Assembly: GCA_043228905.1 (NCBI GenBank)
Contig: JBHGNT010000018.1
Location: 4,650,001-4,714,000, forward strand
Direction: 5' to 3'
DNA: 64,000 nt
From: Azolla caroliniana
Lineage: Eukaryota > Plantae > Polypodiophyta
The position numbers and the translations under genes are program-made. Positions within the stretch are counted from its first letter, which is position 1; each line of letters begins with the position of its first letter. This document shows, piece by piece, positions 1 to 10,700 of the stretch. The notes beneath the pieces were generated by a model that did not search any database, had not been told where the DNA came from, and worked only from the letters and a program-made list of their open reading frames with translations.

Positions 1-36
1 TCGGCTTGTGGAAACCGATTCACGCATCTTCTTTCG

Positions 37-873
37 GCACTCTTCTTCGTGGTGGCCGAGCTTTCCGCAATATCCGCATTCGATTGCGTTTTGATGGCTC
101 AGGCCGGAGTGGAAGCTCCCCCTTCTTGCGAAGGTTCCTCATTGGCTTCCATTTTGCGGCCGAAATTGGGAGTTGTTATCGTAGGTCGGACCTCGTCCGC
201 CTTGTCCTTGGCCGAATCGGCCTCTCGACCGTCCGCGTCCTCTTCCTCCGTTCGAGTGCGTGTAGAGCATGTGGCCTTCCAACTCATTGCTCCTTGTACG
301 CACGTGGTTTTCTTCGACCAATAGCATTGATTGGAGCTCGAAGAAGGAGGGAGATTTCTCTCGTGCTAGAACGGTTGTTCGCATCGCGCCGAACCATGGT
401 GCGAGGCCGTTGAGGCATATTTGAACCATCTCATCATCATCATCGATATTTACGCTTATTGAGCCAAGCGAATCGCAAAGCTCCTTGATCTTCGAGGTGT
501 ATGTCGTGATGGACATGTCCCTTTGTTGAATGTTGTTCAACTCTTGGCGGAGTTGAAGCTTCCTCGTGGTCGTGTTTGCCGCGAAAATCTTTCGTAGATT
601 TTCCCATGCCTCCTTTGACGTCTTGGCTTCGCGAATGTAGCCGAGCATGTGATCGTGAACACATGTCGCCAAGCAATACTTCACACGGCTTGCGGCTTGC
701 TCCCATGTCGCGTATCCGGGAGCCGCTTCGGCGGGTCGGTCTTCATGCGCTCCTTTGATGTAGCTCCAATAGCCTTGTCCGACAAGGTATTGGTGCATCT
801 TGTACTCCCAAGATGCGACGTTGTTTCGATCCAACTTCTTGGTAGGGAGAGCGCTCCCCATTTGAGTATTCAT
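37..873 (-). pseudogene. gag: Copia Gag (retrotransposon gag/UBN2-like domain plus CCHC zinc knuckle), frameshifted near 140
   Basis: ORF 139..873 contains KLDRNNVASWEYKMHQYLVGQGYW and AKTSKEAWENLRKIF. The knuckle CGYCGKLGHHEEEC (about 37-78) lies beyond the ORF's stop codon. Confidence 0.85.
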
Positions 874-1021
874 TATGTCAATTCTTCTTCTTCTTCTTCT
901 CTCTTCGAATGCGAGCTATGTAGTGAAGCTACGATAGCGATGAGCCGGTTCTTGGTTGTCGGCGTGGAGCACAACACATGATCATTGATGAGGCGAATGG
1001 GCTAGATCGAGCTACCAAATC

Positions 1022-1033
1022 GCTCTAATACCA
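1022..1033 (-). promoter_or_regulatory. Primer binding site (tRNA-iMet type)
   Basis: The minus strand reads TGGTATTAGAGC, one mismatch from TGGTATCAGAGC, immediately after the LTR end. Confidence 0.85.
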
Positions 1034-1110
1034 TGTAAAGAATCAAGAGATGGATTCTTGTGAAGCGGAATAGGTGTGAATTGTGTGTGTGTGTGGGTGT
1101 GTGTGTGTAT

Positions 1111-1154
<44 letters not shown>

Positions 1155-1463
1155 CACACACACACACACACACAGAGTATACACAAGGTTAAGTATATTA
1201 ACAAAGGAGAAAGACATGACACAATACAAGGTGGGAGGAGGGTGCTTTATATAGTCACCCTCTCTCTTCATTAACTACAAGACTCATGGAGCATGGGGAA
1301 TGTGAAAGCTCATAAGTTATGTGTCATAGAATATGATTTTATGACTCATACTAAATGCTAGAATACAAAGAGGTGACATAATGGTGACTCTTGACCATTG
1401 GAGTGTCTATTCACTCTCAAGGTGAGTTCACACACTAGACCAAGTTGAGCTTGATTCTCAACA

Positions 1464-1604
1464 CTATGTTAATGTGCTACTTTTCCTCTTCTCCTCTTGA
1501 GCTAAGCTTCCATTTTGTGTTTTATTCATTCTCCTCTACTCCCTAGTCCAAGACCCCCGTGGTCTCGCCTCGAATCCTACACGTACTCGCGGAAAACCGT
1601 GACA
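1464..1604 (+). mobile_element. 3'-terminal fragment of another LTR (related to 15306-16240), probably the target of the copia insertion
   Basis: It ends in ...ggaaaaccgtgaca. Positions 1541-1604 resemble the reverse complement of 15306-15368. Confidence 0.55.
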
Positions 1605-2302
1605 ATGGGCATGAGCGACCATGTGCGGTCCTCTTCGGGAACTGGAACATGAATACCAACGGGCGTGAATGACCATGTGTGGTCCTTGTCAAGAGTTGGA
1701 ACATGAGCACCAACGGGCGTGAGCGACCATGTATGGTCCTCACCGAGAACTGGAACATGAATAGCAGCAGGCATGAACGACCATGTCAGTCATTGTCAGG
1801 ATTTGGAACATGAACAATAGCTGGAGTGAGCGACCATGTGCGGTCCTCATCAGAGACTGGAACACGAACGGGAGTGAGCAACCATGTGTGGCGCTCATCG
1901 GGAATTGGAACATGAGTGACCATGTGCGATCCTCATAAAAAACACGAATGGGCATGAGCGATCATGCGGCCCTCACAGAGAACTGGAACACGAATGGAAG
2001 TGAGCGACCATGCGGCCCTCACCGAGAACTGAACATGGAACGTGAGCGACCATGTGTGGTCCTCATCGAAAATACGAATGGGCATGACTGACCATGCGGC
2101 CCTCACCGAGAACTAGAACACGAACGAACGTGAGGGACCATGCGGCCCTCATCGAGAACGGAACACGAATGGGCGTGAACGACCATGCGTCCCTCACCGA
2201 GAACTAGAACACGAACGGACGTGAGCAACCATGCGGCCCTCACCGAAAACTGAACATGAATGGACATGAGCGACCATGCAGCCCTCACCGAGAACTGGAA
2301 CA
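1605..2302. repeat. Degenerate minisatellite, about 15 units of 38-54 bp
   Basis: Recurring unit gaccatg(tg)cggccctcaccgagaactggaacacgaatgggcgtgagc, abutted by LTRs on both sides. Confidence 0.9.
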
Positions 2303-2897
2303 ATTGGTGTTGAATCCCCTCAAAGGGACCAAGGATGTTACAAGTATTTATACAATTTCCGAGATTGAATATCTCTAGAATATACTTGAGAAATATCTCG
2401 AGAATATACCCGTTTAGAATATACCTGTTATGTACACATAACGTTGGTGAGGGTAGGTCACTAATATTTACATTAGTGAAGGGTATGTTCACTATTATTA
2501 AAAAAGGGACTAATGATTGGATAGAATGAATGATATGTGCATGCACTATCATGATTTAGACAACCAATGAATAGAGAGCCTTTTAGAAAGGCACATCTAT
2601 TCAAGGGGCCTAGGAAAAGGTATAAATATGAGGCTTAGCTACCCTCATAGGAATCACGTCGGAAGGCTGCTGTCGTAGACACCGGTGGTGCGGGCTAGGC
2701 TTTCGTCTCGACGATCGTGTTTATCTCTTCCAAGGTATTAGTCATCCTAATATCCGGCGGTATGGGACGTCGGTGGTAGGTTGGCTATGTCTAGATCATA
2801 GCTCGGGGGTGGTCGGGTGGAACGGGTTCTTCTATCCAATCTATTTTCTTCCTTTTTACTTGATTTGGTCTATTGATTAGTAATAGACTCTTAACAG

Positions 2898-2909
2898 TGG
2901 TATCAGAGC
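2898..2909 (+). promoter_or_regulatory. Primer binding site (tRNA-iMet type)
   Basis: TGGTATCAGAGC, 1 nt after the LTR end. Confidence 0.92.
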
Positions 2910-3139
2910 TTTTACTAACAATTTTTTTGTTGTTTTGATGTTTTTTGCGTGTGAGCGAGGGGGATCTAACAAGGCTCGTCATGCTCTTCTCAGGATCAAA
3001 ACAACACTCTAAACCCGGTATTCTTCTTTTTTGATCTCTTCTCTTTTTCTATTATGCGTTCTTTATGGTCGAATCAAATTGGTATTACGTTTTATTCTCT
3101 TTCTTTCTACCTCCTACTATGCTACGATTTTACTTATTA

Positions 3140-3660
3140 TTATGCATCGGGTCGAGCGTGTTTGCACTAATCGCACACGCTCAACTCATGGCCTTTTGCA
3201 TATTGCGATATATATCCCACTCTCTCCTCTCTTGAACTCTTACGATAATAATTATTCTTGTGCATTGGGTCGAGCGTGTTTGCTCTAATCGCACACGCTT
3301 ATCTCATGGCCGTTTTGCATATGATGTTGAGTATACCACTCTTCCCCTCTATTGAGCCATCACTTGGCCGATTCTAAGGGATGATGTGGCCTTGACGAGG
3401 TGTATGTTGCCTACCTATGCCACTCTACTCTCTATTAAGCCATCAATTGGCCGATTCTATGGGATGTTGTGGCCTTGACAAGGTATATGTAGCTTACATA
3501 TGCCACTTTCCTTTTTAATTAGCCATCAATTGGCCGATTCTAAGGGATGATGTGGCCTTGACGAGGTATATGTCACTTACCTATGCCACTTTCCTCTTTA
3601 ATTAGCCATTACTTGGCCGATTCTAGGGATATGTGGTGGTCTTGAGGAGGTGCATGTCAA
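3140..3660 (+). repeat. Tandem repeats in the gypsy 5' leader (2 copies of ~120 bp, then ~5 copies of ~59 bp)
   Basis: gggtcgagcgtgtttgc..taatcgcacacgct occurs twice, and agccatcaattggccgattctaagggatgatgtggccttgac about five times. Confidence 0.85.
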
Positions 3661-4653
3661 CTACCCTAGGGTTTCGTATCTTAGGGCATGTTTGATTCCA
3701 TACACCTAATTGTTGATTATTCTAATTAAATTTTAATTTCATAAGTATTGTTTCACTTATATGATTTTCTAGTAATTATTATTTACCCGCCCACAATTAA
3801 CTCTCCTTTTTCCACTTCCTTTTCATGTATAAAGTATTTACATCGTTTATTTTTAATGTAACCTTTACGTGTAGACTATTTTTTCGTATGGAGTGGCTTG
3901 TTGAACGATTTTTTTTCAACGGGTCATCTAGGTTTAACTCTTATCATCAAGCCTTAGAAAACGAGTAAAACCATATGAGTTCCCTTATTGATGTTTTACT
4001 CATGGATTTGAGTATTACATCTTTGCGCACAACACCGTCATCACTTGTATCAATTTGTGGCTTATGTCACAATTGTGCAAGTTATAACAATCATATTGGG
4101 ATGTATATGTGCATACCTTGCACTTCCCATTTATTTGTGACATTTTTTTTTTCGTAGGTAACACATGGGTTCTTTTTTTTTTTTTACCCTTGTTTTCGAC
4201 ACTACTTAACTCTTATGAGTAGTGCCTTATTTTATCATTTTATCATCACGTTTGCTTATTGCTCGCAAGACTAGAATATTACTTGTGAGTGCACTTGTTT
4301 TTTCACGTAATACACTTTCTCGACCATATAATACATGATGGGTTGGCATTAATATAAGGCTATCTAGGAAATTTCATTGATGTAAGAACCATGGTTGAGC
4401 CTCGGGGAGCCACCATGCTTACTCAAGATAGAGATCCGAGAAATACATCTTAGCTATGTTTTCCCCCATGGTTTTTAAAACACCATAGTGTTACCATAGT
4501 TATCGGATCTCGAATCACATCTCATATGTCTAGAGGGGTAAAGACATGAGATACTTTCTTGGATAAAGTTCTTTCAATCAAAATTTCAAGCATTCATTTT
4601 GCTTGTGTATTTTCTGAACCTCCTTATTTTATTGCATACCCACAGCGTGCATC

Positions 4654-5670
4654 ATGGAACAAGTTTTGAACGCAGTTGGAACGATCTCTCCAAATGAGAC
4701 CTCTCAACCCCAATCCGCATCTCGCACACAAGCTGAGATCACTATTGAGCAATTGCTCACTACTACCTTGAATCAATTGGCCGAAATGAGACAGGCCAAT
4801 ATGGCATTGGAAAAGAAATTCCAAGAATTAACTATTGAGTCCAAGAAAGAAGGTGAACCTTCCTTCGTAGTCACGCCTTTCAAGGGAGATAAGAAAGAAA
4901 GAACCGAGGAGGCTATTAGCACTTGGCTTGGTCGTTGGGAGTCTCACTTTGAGCTTCATCCCAAGCCCGATGCAGTAAAAATTGGTTATGTCGGTCGTGA
5001 GTTAGGTGGCCGAGCTGCTGCTTGGTGGCGTGGCCTAAGGACCGCAAAAAACTTACCCACAACTTGGGAAGGTTTCGTTGATGTTTTTAAGAAACAATTC
5101 TTGCAGCCACCTTCTCAAACCGAACAAGCGCAACACTTGCTCACATTGTCTAGTAAGCCATTTACCTCTCTCGAGGATTATGTGCATCACGCTCGGACCC
5201 AGATCCAAAAATCGGGACTTACGGGTGAGAAATGGTTTGTCGCTTGTTTTTTGAATGGTATTCCCAATGGGGATTATCATTGGATTGTCCATGACAAGGA
5301 CCCCACAACTTTCGAGGAAGCCGTCAACATTGTGCTGCGATACCATAGGACTTCCAAGAAAGACCACAATAAACCTGAGTTCGCCAAAACTCCGAATGTC
5401 AAGTTCATTGGGAAACGTAAGCAATCCAGTGACACTCTTGACCGCGACTCAAAGAAACCGAACCTCTTCTGTGCATATTGCAAGAAGCGGGGCCACACAA
5501 AGGATACCTGTCGTCGTCTTGAGAGGAAGTCAATGAACACCCCTCCTCAAGACAAATCTACGAGTAACACAGGTGAGTCTTTTGATATTGTTGAAGTTCA
5601 TACCAATCACTTAAGTTTATGTGAATGCACTTTTCCTTCACATTTACTTGGACCTAATGATTTACTCTGA
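4654..5670 (+). CDS. gag: Gypsy Gag with CCHC zinc knuckle
   Basis: 338-aa ORF with the capsid-like motif LGGRAAAWW...TWEGFVDVFKKQF and the knuckle CAYCKKRGHTKDTC. Confidence 0.9.
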   Translation: MEQVLNAVGTISPNETSQPQSASRTQAEITIEQLLTTTLNQLAEMRQANMALEKKFQELTIESKKEGEPSFVVTPFKGDKKERTEEAISTWLGRWESHFELHPKPDAVKIGYVGRELGGRAAAWWRGLRTAKNLPTTWEGFVDVFKKQFLQPPSQTEQAQHLLTLSSKPFTSLEDYVHHARTQIQKSGLTGEKWFVACFLNGIPNGDYHWIVHDKDPTTFEEAVNIVLRYHRTSKKDHNKPEFAKTPNVKFIGKRKQSSDTLDRDSKKPNLFCAYCKKRGHTKDTCRRLERKSMNTPPQDKSTSNTGESFDIVEVHTNHLSLCECTFPSHLLGPNDLL

Positions 5671-8600
5671 GCAGTCGGATATATCAATGGAACACAAGCA
5701 CATTTCTTGTTTGATTCCGGTAGTTCTCACAATTTTCTTAATGATCACTTTGTGCAGCAAATGGAGCTCCACATAAACGCAAGTGATCATATCTATCAAG
5801 TTCACATGGCAAATGGAAACGTTCAATACATCAGTGGCATTGTTTGTCAACTGCCAATTCAAATAGATACTTATTTGGAGAAGCTTGACTTTCATGTTAT
5901 GAAATTACAATCCGCAGATGTCATTTTAGGATATCCTTGGTTTTTTAATAAAAACCCTTCTTTGTCCATTGATTGGGTTAATCACTCAATCACATTTGAA
6001 CTTAATAATTGTAAACATTTTATTCAATGTTCCAAACTTCCTTCTCATTCACTTGTGTCTTCTAAATCTTTAAGTGAGTATTCTAGTTCATTAATTTTTT
6101 CGTGTGTAATTGATCCTGCGGTTCAATTTTATTATTTTAATATTGACGCAACACAATTACCACATTTTGAGCAACGATTACTCGACTCTATTTTAGAGGA
6201 TTTTCAAGATGTGTTTCCTACTGAATTACCGCTTACTTTACCACCTAAACGTAATGTGGACCATCAAATTGAACTCATCCCTGGGGCTGCTCCTGTGAGC
6301 ATTCCACCTTACCGACTTAGTCGATTAGAAGAGGATGAGATCGCTAAACAACTTAAGGAATACTTGAGTATGGGCCACATTAGGTATAGTAAATCACCTT
6401 GGGGTGCGCCAGTTCTATTAGTCAAGAAGAAGGAAGGTTCGTGGCGAATGTGTATCAATTATCGCCGTTTGAATAAAATGACAATTAAGAATGCATATCC
6501 ATTACCTCGTGCCGATGATTTGATTGATCGTTTACACGGGGCTCGATATTTTACGAAAATTGACTTACGAACTGGTTATCATCAGATTCGCATCGCCGAG
6601 GATGATATTCCTAAAACCGCTTTTCGTACGCGTTATGGCCATTATGAGTTTTTAGTCATGCCGTTTGGGTTGACTAATGCACCAGCCACATTCCAACAAG
6701 CGATGAATGATGTTTTCCTAGATCAACTCGGTGATTTTGTTGTCGTCTTCTTGGATGATATTTTGATATATAGCCGTACCTTGCAAGATCATGTTCAACA
6801 TGTTCGATTTGTTTTGCGAAAGTTGCGTGACAACTCTTTCTATGCAAAACATTCAAAATGTGACTTCTTCCAAAAATCTATTGTGTACCTAGGTCATTTA
6901 ATTACAGAAAATGGCGTTGAAATTGAACCTTCTCGTATTGAAAAGGTTAAACTTTGGCCCATTCCTCGTAATATTCGTGAACTTAGATCATTCTTAGGGT
7001 TTGTTGGATTTTTACGAAAATCAATTCGTAACTATTCCAAATTGACTACGCCATTAACTGACCTTTTAAAAGGTCATCCACGTAAGTCTGTCAAACCAAT
7101 TTCATGGAATGAACAACTTGACAAATCATTTGAGACACTCAAGGAGCATGTGTCAGGCTCCCACTCTTCTATTACCAGACCCTTCTAAGCCTTTCTCAAT
7201 TGAAACCGATGCTAGTGATTATGCTATTGGTGTCGTTCTTTATCAAGGTGGTCACCCTATTGCTTTTGAAAGTAAGAAGCTTGATGTTGCTCAATCTCGG
7301 TATTCGGTTCAAGAGAAAGAGTTGTTTGCGGTGATACACGCACTTAAAACATGGAGGCACTATCTCTATGGAAATAAATTTGTGGTTACAACAGACCATC
7401 AATCATTAAAGTATTTTTGTGACCAGCCCGATCTTGTTGGTCGTAAAGGCCGTTGGGCTGACCTTATGCAAGATTTTGATTTTTCCATACGATATCGCAA
7501 GGGTTCTATGAACACCGTTGCTGATGCTCTTAGTCGCATTAAAGAAGTTAACATGCTTAGCTTCACGGAAATAAAATCTGATCTTTTAGATCACCTTCGA
7601 GGGAAATACCTTGATGACAGTTATTTCTCAAAATACTGGACGAAAGCCGAATCTGGTTTAGATGCCGATACTAGCACCCTATCCTCGAAGGCGACCTTTC
7701 ACATTACAAACGGTTTGCTCTACCGTAGTGGAAAGGTCTGTGTTCCAGATTTACCAAATGTTAAACAGAAAATTTTTCATGAATGTCATGATGCACCATC
7801 TGCTGGTCATCCTGGAATACAACGCACACTCGTTCTCATCTCGTGTACTTTTTTCTGGCCTAAGATGCGCTCTGACGTGCATAAATACGTAACTCAATGC
7901 TTACAATGTCAGATTAATAAGTCGGAACGACTTAAAGCTGCTGGTCTTTTACATCCCTTAGATATTCCCAACAATAAATGGGAAAGTATCTCGATGGATT
8001 TTATTGTTAGTTTACCTCGTACACAGAGGGGTCATGATGCCATATGGGTTGTCGTTGACAGGCTAACAAAATTAGCTAGATTTATTCCTACAAAAACCAC
8101 GGTAACCGCTCAACAGTTGGCTTATCAATTTGTTGATGAGTTATTTCGTTTTTATGGATTACCGATGGATATTGTTAGTGATCGAGATTCCAAGTTTACT
8201 AGTGACTTTTGGACTCAGGTCTTTAAGAAACTAGAAACTACGTTGAGCATGAGTTCCGCAGATCATCCTCAGTCTGATGGACAAACTGAACGAGTTAATC
8301 AAATTATTGAGGACATGCTTCGAGCTTATGTAGCAAAAACCCCTTCTAAGTGGGAGCAATACCTTCCTATCTTAGAATTTGCCTATAATAGCTCTAAACA
8401 TACATCCACTGGATATAGTCCTTTTATGTTGATGTATGGTTTTCAGCCACGTGCCCCAGTTGATGTCACGATTCATCGTGATACATTAGACAGTACACGC
8501 AATTTTTTGCAAGACATGAACCAAATGTTGCATATTGCCAAAGAAAATGTCAAGACAGCTCAAGATCGTGCTCGATTTTATGCTGATCAGGATAGACGTC

Positions 8601-8908
8601 CTCGTGCATTTACTATTGGTCAAAAAGTTTTTTTGCGTGTCCCGACTGATTCTACGTCATTATCTATGGGCAAGTGCGCTAAGTTAGCCCCACGATATTG
8701 TGGCCCATTTGAAATCCTTAAGCGAGTTGGGTCATCTGCTTATCACCTTGCCTTACCTCGTAACGTTGGTATTCATCCTGTTTTTCACGTCAGTCGTCTA
8801 AAACCATTTTTAGGCTCTGGTGATAACACCATCACAATCCAAGATCTTGTAACATTAGAGGATTTTTCTTACAAACCTCATGTTCCTGAACGAATTCTTG
8901 ATTCTTGT
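5671..8908 (+). pseudogene. pol: Gypsy Pol (protease, RT, RNase H, integrase with GPF/Y), frameshift at ~7150, truncated at the start of a chromodomain
   Basis: Motifs: FDSGSSHNF (PR); FLVMPFGLTNAP and FLDDIL (RT); ETDAS (RH); H..GH..C..C, SMDF, SDRD and DGQTER (IN); YCGPF; ends at PERILD. The ORF is in frame with gag, separated by one TGA. Confidence 0.92.
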
Positions 8909-9452
8909 ACGGGTTCTTCTATCCAATCTATTTTCTTCCTTTTTACTTGATTTGGTCTATTGATTAGTAATAGACTCTTAACAATACCACATAATAATTC
9001 TAGAATATACTAACGACTAGAATATTCTTGAATGTATTATACACTAGACTCTACAATATATACAAGTTCACAATCCAATGTGAACAACTTACAAGAGTTT
9101 CCATATGGTTAACACAACACAATGTAATGTGTGTTAAATGTCAGAGGTTTGAGTCTAGAATGTGACAGGCTTGACACGGACCTCACCTTTGCCGACTCGG
9201 CTTTATGTCGGCCGACTTGTAACATAAATTTAGATTAGTGTCGTAATCTAGGTTCACGGGGGAGACAACCCCAAACACATGTACATGTAGGAAAGAGTTG
9301 TCCTTTTACGGGGGAGTTTGTTGGCATAAAAGGCCGACTCCTTCCACTTTGTATCCTAGTGTGAACTCTTCCATATAGTTAGTTAGGGCTTTGTATATAA
9401 ATGATAACCTAACATTGTAAAGAAGATTCTTGATCGTTCTTGTACAATGTCT

Positions 9453-9501
<49 letters not shown>

Positions 9502-9863
9502 TAATAACAAAAGCTTCCATTAACGTTGAAACCGTATATATTTTCTGTTCATTCTCTTGCCTTCCTTTTGTGTTGTTTGCTAAGCACATACAACTAATCC
9601 TCACACATACGTTTTCGCACACATACATATGTACGTTTTATACAACCAATCGATTACCACTACAACAAATTTAATGATTGAAATTAATACATAGTGACAT
9701 AAACATGATTAGAATAGGAGAAGAAAGAATATAAAAAGAAAGAAAGAAAGGAATACTAAAGTTCTTTATGTTGTTGCGTTTCGGGATCAAGCTCGACTGC
9801 ACATCGATCGATCACCATCCAACCAAAAAAAAACAATCAACAAAAGAAACATTAGGAATCAAG

Positions 9864-10700
9864 GCTCTGATACCAACTGTTAGAGCTAGATCCTAATGTA
9901 AGCATGAGATAAGGATATAATAGATAGATAGAAAAGAAAGGAGAGAGAGAGAGAGAGAGAGAAGGGTGTTGATCCACCCAACCACCCCTGAGCGAAGGGA
10001 TCACGATAGACTCGAGCCTCGATCGGCATCCCATACCACCGTTTTGGCATTGAGTCATACCTCTACTAGCGCACTCACTACAAGAGTTGAATCACCATGA
10101 GCACAGAGTCTTGGCGTAGTCGATAATGTGTCAAATACGGGTAGCTAGGCCTCATATTTATAACTATACCTAAGGCCCCCAGGCAAGCTCACACTTGGCC
10201 TTAATGAGTTCTCTCAATCTCGAGGATTAAAAGTAATTGTTGAGAATCAAGCTCAACCTAGTCTAGTGTGTGAACACACCCTTGAGAGTGTGCACTCAAA
10301 GGTCAAAAGTCACCACTCTTATCTACACATTAACTATGTGTCATAGAATCATATTCAATGACACATAACTAATGAGTTTTCACATTCCCCATGACCCATG
10401 AGCTTCGGTAGTTAATGAAGAGCAAGAGAGTGACTATATAAAGCACTCTCCTCCTACTTTGTAATTAGGTTGATTAATCTCCTTTGTAATATACATCTTC
10501 TTGAGTATTCTATTGTCTCTCCAATCTATTTTTTTGTTTCTCTCCCCTATCTCTCTCTCTCACACACACACATATAACGCACATCTCTAACCTATTCCGC
10601 TGCACAAGAATCATACTTGATTCTTTAAAGTAATCATTCCCTTTTATACACTCTCGTTTAACCCTCACACTTTATCCAGGTGTATAGAATACTACGGTCC
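9864..10700 (-). mobile_element. Degenerate LTR with adjacent PBS (9864-9875), related to the 2308-2896 LTR and interrupted by a solo LTR; right boundary uncertain
   Basis: gctctgatacca is followed 2 nt later by tgttagag at 9878. Positions 10140-10180 resemble the reverse complement of the TATA segment at 2605-2646. Confidence 0.6.
10238..10629 (+). mobile_element. Solo LTR of the copia family at 1034-1463, with a 5-bp TSD
   Basis: Starts tgttgagaatcaagctcaac and ends cttgattctttaaa. It is similar along its length to the reverse complement of 1034-1463. GTAAT flanks both sides (10233-10237 and 10630-10634). Confidence 0.92.

Larger units (their letters stand above)
1..1463 (-). mobile_element. 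Ty1/copia LTR retrotransposon, 5' part (5' LTR 1034-1463, PBS, gag); continues off the left edge
   Basis: The LTR is bounded by TG..CA with imperfect terminal inverted repeats (tgtaaagaatcaag / cttgattctcaaca). An initiator-Met PBS lies adjacent and a copia-type gag ORF follows on the minus strand. Confidence 0.9.
2308..8983 (+). mobile_element. Ty3/gypsy LTR retrotransposon (chromovirus-like); 5' LTR 2308-2896, 3' LTR reduced to its last 75 bp
   Basis: LTR TGTTG..TAACA, PBS at 2898, and gypsy domain order gag-PR-RT-RH-IN. Positions 8909-8983 are identical to 2822-2896. Confidence 0.95.

Noticed and set aside
1605-2302. CRISPR-like look of the repeat array
   Set aside because: The whole unit is repeated and degenerate, there are no unique spacers or cas genes, and the context is eukaryotic TE DNA.
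7140-7160. Programmed frameshift between RT and RNase H
   Set aside because: Better explained by a 2-nt loss in a TGTG run (restoring EHVCQAP). There is no slippery heptamer, and the position is not a usual recoding site.
8984-9500. Additional LTR-like segment after the gypsy element
   Set aside because: It looks TE-like (TATA, AG run), but I could not support termini, a PBS/PPT or a TSD.
9658-9672. CACTACAA, a possible CACTA transposon terminus
   Set aside because: I found no matching inverted terminus or transposase in the window.
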